This document shows, piece after piece, positions 1 to 10,055 of a stretch of DNA of 64,000 bases. Every line of letters starts with the position of its first letter. The stretch's first letter is position 1. Made by a program: the position numbers and the translations under genes. The notes under the pieces were generated by a model that did no database searches, had not been told where the DNA came from, and worked only from the letters and a program-made list of their open reading frames with translations. Origin of the DNA: an uncultured bacterium (lineage in GTDB: Bacteria > Hydrothermota > UBA3073 > NMUJ01 > CBEVQO01); contig CBEVQO010000001.1 in assembly GCA_965552055.1 (NCBI GenBank), positions 224,001-288,000 on the forward strand. Reading direction: 5' to 3'.

Positions 1-1215
1 CTTCAACTTCCTCGTCTCCAACTGCTATTAATTGCAGATTTATAAAATCTCTACATGGATTGGGATAAGCAACAAAATGCTCCCTACACGCCTCAACATC
101 CCAAACTATCCTACCAAATATTCTATCACTTTGCCAATTTGTGGTATCGATTTCCTTTGCATAAACTACAAGAAACTGACCCGATGAAGCACATATTTCT
201 TCTCCACTTATATCAAGATAACTTACCGGAACAATGTCCATTCGATATTTTATTTCTCCACTGTTGCCAATCAAAACACCTTTTACTCCCATTGGATAAT
301 TATCGCTATCTAAGAAATATCCCATCACAACCAAAAAGTTGCGTCCATCATACGCAATTTGTGGACCACCAATATAACCTTCTACTTTTCCTAATAGTGA
401 ATTTTGTCCCAAAGACCCTAAATAGGTGCCCCAAACACACTCTCTTGCACAATATGCAATATAACTAATGTTATCCCCACAAGCAATAGCTTGTCCTCCA
501 GAAGTGCCTTCCAAAATATTGGGATCCGTGGCTACATTAAACTCTTTTAAAACCTGCAAATCTCTATTTAATTTCAAACAGTAAATATCTTCATCATAAT
601 ACTCATCTAACGCGAATAAAACTAAGATGTTATTGCCATCAAATGCTACTTCTGGAGGCCAGCAAATCACATACCAATGTCTTTTTAACACCTTTGGTTC
701 TCCGAGGACTTTGCCTTCGGGCGATACCTTCACCACTCTTAACTCATCCCCTGACTCCGTCTTACAAATCCAGCACACAACAAAATTTTCACCATCAAAG
801 ACACAAGATGCGTCACCAAAAGTAGTATCTATCTTGATTCTTTCTGCATTTAAATCTTTCAAAGAAGTGTCGAATATAGCACAATATAAGCCTGTATCTG
901 GTAAGTAGCCACTCCAAATAACTAAATAAACATCTTTACCGTAAGCCACCGCAGGATGGCATCCTCCGGTACCAAAATACTTAATTAAAGTAATAGGAGT
1001 ATCTACAAGTGTCCCCATAGTTGTGACATGTACTCCGTTAATCAAATAATATCGCGTATTTTCTTCTTTTTCACGCCAAATTACAAAATATTTTTCTCCA
1101 TTATAAACAACTTGAGGGTACTTCTGTGTTCTATCACTCAACCCAATTCTAAACTCGTCCCCCACTATTATTTTTGCTGTATCAGTGAAGAAAATTAGTG
1201 CTAAAACTACCCCAT
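1..1215 (-). CDS. Secreted beta-propeller-like repeat protein (runs off window edge; start ambiguous)
   Basis: Not in the ORF track. I translated the frame by hand from 1213 to about 300 without a stop; the last ~300 nt were not checked codon by codon. It reads GVVLALIFFTDTAK...YPQVVYNGEKYFVIW...HPAVAYGKDVYLVIW...PEVAFDGNNILV...PQIAYDGRNFLV. The ATG at 1215 is one base out of frame; the first in-frame GTG is at 1165. Confidence 0.75.
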
Positions 1216-1254
1216 CGTAAATTTTAATCCAATTATCGGAGTGTCAAGAAAAAA

Positions 1255-3627
1255 TTAAATTGTCAAATCTACTTTCAAATCTGCTCTTAGTTCGAGTGTT
1301 TTATAAACTGGGCGGGAAGATTTTGCGTATCTACCCTTTAAATTCAAATTTATTCTCCTAATCTTTGATGTAATCTTTATCTGGGTCTCTTCCAGTGTTC
1401 GCTGTAAGCTTCCCGTTGAGTAACAGTAAGAATGCGATAACTCAAAGTTAACTCCTTTAAAATTTGCCTTTATACCTGGTGTAATCTTTAAATTATACCA
1501 GACTGCCACTGTATCTTTCTGCAATAGAAAAGGGTCTTGCCCTTCTGTCCTGTCAAAACTAAAAACTGCCTGCGTGTTCAGGAAATCTGTAATTTTCCTC
1601 ATCACCTCAAAATTTATCCCATGAGACCTCGTCTTCGTTGGTGCAGAATCCGGCAACTGCCAGAAATACCCAAAATAGTCATAATATGACCTTATTGTCA
1701 GAAATTCACCTCTATAAACAACTCCTGATTTTACCTCAAATCTTTTTTCTGTCTTATAAAGTTCGACTGTATCTCCCGGTATCCCAGGCGCTACTGCAAA
1801 TCTAAACAAACCCTGTTTCCTCAAAGAATCCACCTGTAACTCAAATCCCCACCTTTCACCAAAACCATAATTGAAAAGAATTTGCCTCTGTATAACATAA
1901 TTATCATAAAGTTTGCGATTGGGATTTAATTCATCAAATCTCAATGCCCTTTGATTGAAATGCAGAAAGGATAACTTTGAATTTTTGAAAGGACTTAAAT
2001 TTACAAAAATCCTCAATCCAGATAAATCTTTAACTCTATTTCCAGCGGATATTGTATAGGAAAATGTAGGTATTGCCTGTAGAGATATAACCCTGTGCGG
2101 TTTTACGGATGTTATCCATCTGTTTGTAAACTCCTCTGAACCGCCATACAATGTCTGGGTCTTTGCCGTGTGATTTCCGTCCACCTTTATCCATTTTGCA
2201 GGTAAAATTTTGTATTGAAGTGAAAAACTAATCTGGCGTTTTTCTGATTGAAGTAAACTTCCTGTCAGACGCAATTTCCAGAAAGAAAGATTGAGAAAAG
2301 CACTTGCACTGTAAACATCATATAAAATATCGTGCCTGTAAGAGAAATCAAAATTAAAGAGTTTGAGATTCAGTGAAAATCCCGCATTGTAAACCGTTTG
2401 TGAGCGAACACTATCCCTTATTAGCCATTTTTTACCTATGCCTGCAGAAATTTTATAAAATTTGTGAGAAAGCGAAAAATTTGCAGAATGCTCTTTTTCT
2501 TCCTGATGGATAGAATCCGAACTTTGCTTAATCCATATATTTTTCTGCAATATTTTAATCTTTTTGAAGTCAAAATCCTCTGATAAAGTTTGCTGATAGA
2601 TATCCATATCTTCCTTTTCTTCTTTTGACCATTTATGTGAAATTGTCAAGAAATTGAAGGGAAGGAATTGCGTTGATAGTTCAAGTTTTCTTGAATTGGG
2701 AAATATCCCCGTGCCGATTGGTGAAAAGCCAGATTCTACTTTTTGATAACTACCTGATAATTTGAATTTCCAGAAATTTATGTTTGTCATCGTATTGTAT
2801 GCTCTGGCTGATTCTGATTGTGCGATTGAAAAGTTGAAATTTAAGGGCTTAAAATTAAAGCCAATATCTACGCCAGCAACTCTTTTCCCCTTTAATGTAT
2901 CTTTTTCTTGTGCAACAGCACCTGCTATTTTGAGAAATTTGTATTGTGATTCGAGCATCAAGCCCTGCAATCTGCTTCCCGCCACTGGCTGATATTCATA
3001 TTCAACTTCGATTAATTCATCCTCTGTAATTATTCTTTGGAATGTAATCCATCCTCTTTCGTAATTAATAGTATAATCTTTGCCACGCTCTAATTTTTTC
3101 AGGTTAAGTCCCTTGCCAACTCGCACCTTTTCGGAGTTATAGACCACATTTTGATGCCGTAATTCATAAGGACCCACGGAATTTTTACCCCATATTCTTT
3201 CAAAAGCAGGGATGCCCTTTGTTATTGATTTTATCACTTTCGCTGAAAATTTGCCATCTTTTCGAGGGAATTCACCTGTTGCTATTATTCCCATTATTGA
3301 TTTTGATGAAAGAACAAGTGGAATCAAACTTGCTTCACAATCTCCCAATTCTGCTTTGAAATTTTGCTTTTGAACTAAAAGGTAGTAGCGATTGAGATAA
3401 GGGAAAGCAGACCTTTGACTTACATTTCCCGCTATTTTTATCCCGTGCAACTCGCCGTCTATTGTTAGCAGGAGGGCATCTGCTCTTGCACTGTGAGGGT
3501 AAAATTCAGGAGGCATCTCACCTTCAAGCAAATACTTTGCACTGTAAGATACGGATTTATATCCCTGAACCTTCAAATAAGAGGTGTCAGAATCTGAAAG
3601 ATTTGTGAGTATCAAAAATATCAGCAC
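1255..3627 (-). CDS. Large exported protein, probable outer-membrane beta-barrel
   Basis: 790 aa with short hydrophobic N-terminus, a DYTINYERGWITF...IEVEYEY motif, and many amphipathic beta-strand-like segments. Confidence 0.6.
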   Translation of the reverse strand: MLIFLILTNLSDSDTSYLKVQGYKSVSYSAKYLLEGEMPPEFYPHSARADALLLTIDGELHGIKIAGNVSQRSAFPYLNRYYLLVQKQNFKAELGDCEASLIPLVLSSKSIMGIIATGEFPRKDGKFSAKVIKSITKGIPAFERIWGKNSVGPYELRHQNVVYNSEKVRVGKGLNLKKLERGKDYTINYERGWITFQRIITEDELIEVEYEYQPVAGSRLQGLMLESQYKFLKIAGAVAQEKDTLKGKRVAGVDIGFNFKPLNFNFSIAQSESARAYNTMTNINFWKFKLSGSYQKVESGFSPIGTGIFPNSRKLELSTQFLPFNFLTISHKWSKEEKEDMDIYQQTLSEDFDFKKIKILQKNIWIKQSSDSIHQEEKEHSANFSLSHKFYKISAGIGKKWLIRDSVRSQTVYNAGFSLNLKLFNFDFSYRHDILYDVYSASAFLNLSFWKLRLTGSLLQSEKRQISFSLQYKILPAKWIKVDGNHTAKTQTLYGGSEEFTNRWITSVKPHRVISLQAIPTFSYTISAGNRVKDLSGLRIFVNLSPFKNSKLSFLHFNQRALRFDELNPNRKLYDNYVIQRQILFNYGFGERWGFELQVDSLRKQGLFRFAVAPGIPGDTVELYKTEKRFEVKSGVVYRGEFLTIRSYYDYFGYFWQLPDSAPTKTRSHGINFEVMRKITDFLNTQAVFSFDRTEGQDPFLLQKDTVAVWYNLKITPGIKANFKGVNFELSHSYCYSTGSLQRTLEETQIKITSKIRRINLNLKGRYAKSSRPVYKTLELRADLKVDLTI

Positions 3628-3969
3628 TTAATAAAATGAACAACGATTCAGAATGTCAAGAAAAAGTAAGATTAAAGAGCGTACATCAGTATGGGATATT
3701 GTGAATTTTTTATCCAGAGCTAAACTTAGACCGAGGAATTATTGATAAAGCAATTGCATCGTTGAGAGAAATGGTTACACAAGCAAGCTTGGAATGACCT
3801 CCTTAGAATCACAACAAAAGGCATTCAAAGGATTAAAGAGATGGTGGAAAAATATCACTTTTAAACATAATTTTATGGGGAGATAAATTTAAAACAGATT
3901 TGGGTTATAGAGTTTCATTTGTTATATCTCCGTTTCGAAAAACAATAGATGCTATAAGGAATATTGGCG

Positions 3970-4262
3970 TCATCTTATTATCACAATTTTTCCTCTTATC
4001 TCCGACTTGTAAAAAATAAACTCCTGAAGGTAAATTTACAATTAGTTTGCCGTGACCAACTTTTACTAACCTTCCTTGCATATCGTATATTTTTACATTT
4101 TCGTTTGTCTTTATAATTATTTTGCCTTGAGAAGGATTCGGGAAAAATAAATTTCATAATCATTTCCATTAAACTTTTGCCAGCACATATGCCATAAGAT
4201 GCGAGATTTTGATAAAGGTAAAGGTGCCCAAATAATAAAAGGATTAAGGTCATCAAATCCAT
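3970..4262 (-). pseudogene. Decayed T9SS cargo gene (type A C-terminal sorting domain remnant)
   Basis: Fragments in shifting frames: CWQKFNGNDYEIYFSRI, then NVKIYDMQGRLVKVGHGKLIVNLPSGVYFLQVG, then KIVIIR* after a frameshift. This matches the IYD..GRLV...LPSGVYF...KIVI pattern. Confidence 0.6.
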
Positions 4263-4319
4263 CTTCAGTTAAAGTGTCAATAATAAATCCATCTATCCAG
4301 CACTACTATTACAAATATT

Positions 4320-5423
4320 TTATTCTTGACCCACATATTTCAAAATAAAACCTCTTTGTTGAGAATCACTCCAATAATCACCCACTATCCAAATATAGTT
4401 TTTATCCAAAGCATGAATACCCCTGTAAATGCAGTAATTTCCCCCAAAAATTGAATCTACTTCCGTTATGGGATACCATTCATCACCATCATATTTCTCA
4501 AAAAGCGCTGGACCTACAAACCAAATATCATTTGATGAAAAAACATGCATATCAAATATTGTCGTAGTGTAAATTATATTCCACTTTTTGCCATCCCAGT
4601 ATAATATATCACATGGATAACATATTGCATAACCTTCATCTTCATTCAAGAAGAAGATTCGAACAGGCCATGCTAACTCTTCTTTTAATTCATTGGGTAA
4701 ATCTACCCATTCCCATTTACCATCTTTATAATGTAACATACAGGGCTTCATTCCTGTCGTTTCACCTCCACTCACTATCTCTATGTCTCCAACTCCAACC
4801 CATATCTCCTTTTCATTGCACCAAACTGCATGGACTCTACCGGGTTTTTCCAAGAGTATTTTCTCTATTTCTTGAGGAAATTTAAATTCACTCCATTTCT
4901 CGCCATCCCAGTGTAACATTAATGGACGCTCATTTCGAGGTGCACTGCTATCAAACACGCTACCTAAGGCAGCATACCCATTATCGGGAGAAGAAAAATA
5001 AATGTCCCACCAACTTGGATTTTTAATGAGATAAGAGGAACAAATATAAGATTTATTTCCATCAGAATATTTGTTTTCTAACTTCCATGATATTTTCCAT
5101 TCATTCCCGTCCCAATGGAGTATAGCCGCTTTTAATTCACCGTATCCTGTGCAAAGTGCCCATCCTTCATTTTCTGATAAAAAGAAAAATTTAAAAATTA
5201 ATGATATTCTGTCTTTATCAAAATCAGTAATATTCCATGTTTTACCTCCGTCAACGGTGTAGTATATTTTACTTCCAGAGGAAACCCAGCCTTTTTCTTT
5301 TGATATAAACCAACAATCCGTATAAGTTTTTGCAGGTTTCTGCGGAGTAATATCAATCCAGCCTGTTAATTTTTGTTTTTTGAAACAAACAATAAGAAAG
5401 CAAACCAATATCAATACTCTCAT
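4320..5423 (-). CDS. Lipoprotein-like beta-propeller protein (YCF48/BNR-like, HWDGxxW repeats)
   Basis: Likely start MRVLILVCFLIVCFKK at 5423; TVDGGKTW box and repeated ILHWDGNEW, MLHWDGEKW, LYWDGKKW. Confidence 0.7.
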   Translation of the reverse strand: MRVLILVCFLIVCFKKQKLTGWIDITPQKPAKTYTDCWFISKEKGWVSSGSKIYYTVDGGKTWNITDFDKDRISLIFKFFFLSENEGWALCTGYGELKAAILHWDGNEWKISWKLENKYSDGNKSYICSSYLIKNPSWWDIYFSSPDNGYAALGSVFDSSAPRNERPLMLHWDGEKWSEFKFPQEIEKILLEKPGRVHAVWCNEKEIWVGVGDIEIVSGGETTGMKPCMLHYKDGKWEWVDLPNELKEELAWPVRIFFLNEDEGYAICYPCDILYWDGKKWNIIYTTTIFDMHVFSSNDIWFVGPALFEKYDGDEWYPITEVDSIFGGNYCIYRGIHALDKNYIWIVGDYWSDSQQRGFILKYVGQE

Positions 5424-5457
5424 AGGTATATTGAAATTTGATGCCAAAACTACCCCA

Positions 5458-5781
5458 TCATAAACCTTTATCTAAAAACTCAAAACAGATTTGGGTTATG
5501 GAAGTTTCATCTGCTATATCTCCGTAAAATTTTTTCATCGCCCTTTTTAGTGCTTTTTTTGATTTATAGCCATCTTCGCGTATCTCTTTCTCACCCACTT
5601 CTTTCCACTTCAAATATCTTATTTTTGTTATTCTTGCGAGTCCTATATTTTCGTCGCCTGCACGAATCATAACAACTTCACCTTCTTTGAAATCTTTTCT
5701 TATACCAAGTCGCAATGTTGCACGCTTCTCTCCTTTTTTCAATTTATCTTTATATTTCGCATCAAAATTAAGACACTTCAT
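5458..5781 (-). CDS. ASCH-domain protein (YqfB-like)
   Basis: 107 aa with GEKRATLR (GxKxxTxR) and REDGY motifs; ATG directly abuts the tmcA stop. Confidence 0.85.
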   Translation of the reverse strand: MKCLNFDAKYKDKLKKGEKRATLRLGIRKDFKEGEVVMIRAGDENIGLARITKIRYLKWKEVGEKEIREDGYKSKKALKRAMKKFYGDIADETSITQICFEFLDKGL

Positions 5782-8064
5782 TTAATCTAATTTCCCCTGT
5801 ATTTCTTTACGGAGTTCGAAAACCTCATCCGACCAGTCCCCATATTCTTTTATCAATTCTTTGAGTAAATCACGCATCCTGCGGGTACACCAGCCAACAG
5901 GCTTCTGAACGATTGCAGAGGTCTCTTCCCAGCTCCTACCTTCTAGCACCTTCGCTATCAATAACTCTTCATCTATCGGCTCAAGGAATGCAGTATCAAA
6001 TGTTTTCTCCGCAAAATAGGCATAAACAAGCTTATAAATCGCATCTCTCGTTAATTCATAAGTAGCAATTCCATAAGCATAATCGATTGCCCTTCGCCAT
6101 TGTGTAACAGTAAGGTCGAGTGTGCAATCTTTTCTCCACGATAAAAGACAGAGACGCAAAACAGATGGCTCAAGGTCGCGCAAAGGGTCAGATACAGCAT
6201 AAATAACCCTATCTATAAAATCATCCGCATATTGATACATAAGCTCGTGCATCCTCTGTGATATTGGCTTTACAACAAGCAAAGAATATTCTGCACTTAC
6301 GGGATTTCTCTGTGGTGAAATATGCATTGGCTTAAAACCATTTTTCAACCAGAAATTTAAAAGCTGAGGTGTAGCACCAAAAACTGCTCCAAGCCAGTCG
6401 ATCTCATCTTTGAATTCAGATTCAAGCTCTTTTAACAATTTTGTGCCGATACCTCTATCCATAAAAGAGGGATGGGTTGCGATACGCACAATCCTTATGC
6501 CTTTCAGTTTGCCAAATCTCTTTTCCCTGAAATGTTTTATCAATCTATCAGGAATTATATTTCCTGTGATGTTAAAACCTGCATAAGCTGTATCTATCAC
6601 ATTTTGAGGTAAGTTACCTTCAAGTGCAAACTGCAGTGAACAAACTATATGTCCGTCATATTCAAGAGCCCTTACTCTTTGATTTGGTATATCGCACAGC
6701 AACAAAAAGTCATTTGGATTATTCTTATAATGCGCCATAATCAAAATTCCAAAAAATTCTCGCAATTTCCTCTCGTCTTTTATAAAATCTTCAATTTCAC
6801 ATTTTAAATAATTCGTCTCTTTCAATTTAATTTCCTTCAAAGGTGCAGGTTCTGCATCTAAAATCAATGTTTTAAAAAGCCAATCTTCAATGGGGTCATT
6901 TTCCGAATATCTTATTGGTTCTTTCATTTCATATTTTGTTACACAAACATCTTCAAGTTTTTCCAATCTTTTTAAAAATCTTATAGAAAAACTTCTTCCT
7001 GCGCCTTCATATCCATGTATCGTGGAAGAATAGATAAGTTTATCTCCCTGTTGCAAAATCTGGAAAAGAGTAGGTGCTGGAATTGCTGCTGCTTCATCGC
7101 ACACTATCAGCTCTGTCTCCGCCCTTGTGGCATCGAGAGGGGTTAAATATCGCACTTTATAAGTATCTGTTTCAAGTATTTTACCTTCTTCATACTCTTT
7201 TATTTTAACTCCGAGTTTTTCCAATCCAATTTTTATAAATTTGAAAAGTTCATAAACATTTGAAGGTTCGGGTGATGTTACTATTATCTCTTTTTCTGTC
7301 AATAAATCCCTTTGTATGCAACCTGCAAGTGCTATCCCTATACCGCTTGATTTTCCTCTTCCTCTATTCGCAGTAAGCACAAATGCACACTTTAAATAAG
7401 GCGATTTCATCATAGCTTCGATAACACGCACAACCTCCAGCTGGTCTTTTGTTTTGCAAATATTATATAACTCTTTATCAAATTCACCTTCAGCAGGTAT
7501 TTCAAATTTTTCGCTTTCTTTAAAATTCTGCGGGATGCAACTTCCATCTTTTATAAGTTTACCTCTATCAAAGATAGCAATTCCTGGCGATGTTTTTAAT
7601 TTTTCAATATACCATTTAATGAAATTGTTTCTCACATCTTTCGGAGTATAGGGTGGTGTTAGTAATCTCAAATGATATTTATTTACTGCATTTATCCATT
7701 CATCCAGTGGCGGGCAAATCATAAAAAGCAGTCCTCCTCCCCGCACAATGCCCGTTAATGCACCATCATCAACAGGCTCAAGCGATTTATAGTGGTCAAG
7801 GATCAAAAGGTCATAAGTAGCGCCCAATAATTTTTGCTTATCCTTGTAAGCACATATTTCAATCCATTCCGGCAATTTAAACTCGAGTAAATCTTCGGGA
7901 TAGGGGGTCGCGATTACTGCTTTCTTTTTGCCGAGCAAATGTAAAGCATCTATTACTTTTTCAATAGCATCTTCATAAACATCTGCAAAAACAATCATCC
8001 TCCTTTGATTGTAGCGCTCGGCTTCTGCTTTTAGAGACAAAATATGCTCCCTTATTCCCTGCAT
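5782..8064 (-). CDS. tmcA: tRNA(Met)/RNA cytidine acetyltransferase TmcA (helicase-like ATPase + GNAT)
   Basis: ANRGRGKS Walker A, DEAAAIP, STIHGYEGAGRSF, EPIRYSENDPIE, AHYKNNPND, RIVRIATHP, FWLKNGF. Confidence 0.93.
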   Translation of the reverse strand: MQGIREHILSLKAEAERYNQRRMIVFADVYEDAIEKVIDALHLLGKKKAVIATPYPEDLLEFKLPEWIEICAYKDKQKLLGATYDLLILDHYKSLEPVDDGALTGIVRGGGLLFMICPPLDEWINAVNKYHLRLLTPPYTPKDVRNNFIKWYIEKLKTSPGIAIFDRGKLIKDGSCIPQNFKESEKFEIPAEGEFDKELYNICKTKDQLEVVRVIEAMMKSPYLKCAFVLTANRGRGKSSGIGIALAGCIQRDLLTEKEIIVTSPEPSNVYELFKFIKIGLEKLGVKIKEYEEGKILETDTYKVRYLTPLDATRAETELIVCDEAAAIPAPTLFQILQQGDKLIYSSTIHGYEGAGRSFSIRFLKRLEKLEDVCVTKYEMKEPIRYSENDPIEDWLFKTLILDAEPAPLKEIKLKETNYLKCEIEDFIKDERKLREFFGILIMAHYKNNPNDFLLLCDIPNQRVRALEYDGHIVCSLQFALEGNLPQNVIDTAYAGFNITGNIIPDRLIKHFREKRFGKLKGIRIVRIATHPSFMDRGIGTKLLKELESEFKDEIDWLGAVFGATPQLLNFWLKNGFKPMHISPQRNPVSAEYSLLVVKPISQRMHELMYQYADDFIDRVIYAVSDPLRDLEPSVLRLCLLSWRKDCTLDLTVTQWRRAIDYAYGIATYELTRDAIYKLVYAYFAEKTFDTAFLEPIDEELLIAKVLEGRSWEETSAIVQKPVGWCTRRMRDLLKELIKEYGDWSDEVFELRKEIQGKLD

Positions 8065-8139
8065 ACTTAAAATTTAATGAAAATTTAAAAAAGTCAAATA
8101 AGAAAGCTTGACATCTACAATTTTTATTTAAAATATTGT

Positions 8140-9258
8140 GTGAAAATTTGTATAGTTACAGATATTTATCGTCCTTTTCCCGGAGGTGTTGCGGAACATG
8201 CTTATAACCTCTGTCATGCTCTAAGAAAACTGGGTCATGATGTAAAAGTTTTGACTTCCTTATTTGATAAAAAGGTAAAAAATTTCCCTGAAGTTTACCC
8301 TGTTGGAAGATGCTTAAAAATTAAATCAAATGCCACCATTGTAACATTTGGCGGAATACATCCTGCAACTCCTTTTCTTGTTTCACGCTTCTTTAAGCAT
8401 CATTCTTTTGATATTGTGCACATCGAAGGACCTGCAATGGGTTTCAACATGGGATACTGGGCACTCGTAACCTCTCCTTATCCGTGTGTCGCATCGATTC
8501 ACACCGTTTATTATGGATACAATTATTATTCTCTCGCAAGATTCTTATTCTCGGGTACTTTCAAAAAATTAAAGGCAGTTTTGCCTGTGTCAGAATCGGC
8601 AAAAAAAGAAATCGAAAAATATTTTAAGGCAAATTACAAAATAATACCAAATGGAATAGATATTGAAAAATTCAATCCCAATGTAAAGCCCCATCCCAAA
8701 ATGTCCGGTGATTTTAAGAAAATTTTATATGTTGGCAGACTGGAAGAAAGGAAAGGTCTGGAATATTTGCTCCGCGCTTTTCCTCTAATTAAAAAAGAGA
8801 TAAAAGATGCGAAACTTTTTGTTGTTGGTAAAGGACATCTTGAAGATTATTTTAAAAAACTTGCTTCGAAATTTGGAAGCGATGTTGAATTTGTAGGATA
8901 TGTTCCTTTTGAAGAACTACCTTCTTTTTATGCTGGGTGCGATGTTTATTGCTCACCTGCTACAGGCGGAGAAGCATTCGGTATAGTTTTGCTAGAAGCT
9001 ATGGCTACGGGAAAACCTGTCTGCGCATCAAGGATTGAAGGTTATTCTGAAGTAATAAAAGATGGGGAAAATGGATTACTTTTTGAACCAAAAAATCCAC
9101 AGGATATAGCAGATAAAATTATAAAAATTTTAAAAGATGAGAATTTGAGGAAAAAGTTGATAGAAAATGGCTTGAAATTTGCTCGAAATTTATCGTGGGA
9201 AAATATAGCGAAAAAGCATCTTGAAATTTATGAAGATGTAATAAAGGGGAGGGTATGA
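8140..9258 (+). CDS. GT4 glycosyltransferase (PimA-like)
   Basis: PGGVAEH, YVGRLEERKG, GEAFGIVLLEAMATGKPV. Confidence 0.9.
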   Translation: MKICIVTDIYRPFPGGVAEHAYNLCHALRKLGHDVKVLTSLFDKKVKNFPEVYPVGRCLKIKSNATIVTFGGIHPATPFLVSRFFKHHSFDIVHIEGPAMGFNMGYWALVTSPYPCVASIHTVYYGYNYYSLARFLFSGTFKKLKAVLPVSESAKKEIEKYFKANYKIIPNGIDIEKFNPNVKPHPKMSGDFKKILYVGRLEERKGLEYLLRAFPLIKKEIKDAKLFVVGKGHLEDYFKKLASKFGSDVEFVGYVPFEELPSFYAGCDVYCSPATGGEAFGIVLLEAMATGKPVCASRIEGYSEVIKDGENGLLFEPKNPQDIADKIIKILKDENLRKKLIENGLKFARNLSWENIAKKHLEIYEDVIKGRV

Positions 9259-10046
9259 TGAAGCGTGTGTTGATTGCGTTTATTATTCTGTATATAGTAG
9301 GCGGATGCGGTAAGAAGGAAGAAGGAGTATCCACCGAAGATGCAAAGGGTATTGCGCAATCCGTTGCGTCATTCACACAGGATATGGCGGGTAAGGCATC
9401 AGAACCTGCAAACTTCACACCATCTTCTCCTATAAAGGGTGGAATAACAACACAGGGCAACATGACAGACCAAGATAAAGATGGAATAACAGTCAGCGGA
9501 AAATGGATTTTTGATATCGATACAACGCTCTTAGGAGTGCATTATCTTATGAAAGGTGAAATCACACACGATGACTCAATCCTGGGAGATGACTCCGACC
9601 CATTCAAATGGCACATTATAATCGGTAACGGAAATTATTTTATAATGGAAACAATGGGTTACAAAATCAGGATGAAAGGCGAAGTTATAGCATCTCATCA
9701 GAATAATACTTACACTTTACAATTTAAGGATTTCTGCTACGATTTCACACTGGATACACTTCAAGCAGCTATTTCATATAACTTGACTTATTCAATAACA
9801 CCCAAAAATGTAAACTGGCAACCAGGTAATGCATTAACAGAAGCAAATATATCAATATCTGGCGAAATGTCATATCCAAATATAAATTATGCAATAACAA
9901 TAGAAACCACTAAAGAACTTCATTACAACTCAGGTAAAATTGACGATGGAATAATCGAAATAACGATAAATAACACTAAAGTAACGATAGAGTATCAATC
10001 GGATGGTAATTATGTAATTAAATTAAATGGCAAAATAATTTCATAA
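9255..10046 (+). CDS. Hypothetical lipoprotein
   Basis: Signal peptide with lipobox-like VGGC; beta-rich 263 aa. Confidence 0.7.
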   Translation: MMKRVLIAFIILYIVGGCGKKEEGVSTEDAKGIAQSVASFTQDMAGKASEPANFTPSSPIKGGITTQGNMTDQDKDGITVSGKWIFDIDTTLLGVHYLMKGEITHDDSILGDDSDPFKWHIIIGNGNYFIMETMGYKIRMKGEVIASHQNNTYTLQFKDFCYDFTLDTLQAAISYNLTYSITPKNVNWQPGNALTEANISISGEMSYPNINYAITIETTKELHYNSGKIDDGIIEITINNTKVTIEYQSDGNYVIKLNGKIIS

Positions 10047-10055
10047 GGAGGTGGT

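Noticed and set aside
55..908. + strand ORFs 55-468, 627-908, 643-825 and similar short antisense ORFs across the window (e.g. 63054-63398)
   Set aside because: Shadows of longer, motif-bearing genes on the opposite strand.
1195..1215. TAG stop-codon reassignment to explain ATG-GGG-TAG
   Set aside because: That frame hits TAA within a few codons, and TAG terminates cmr1 and csm2 normally.
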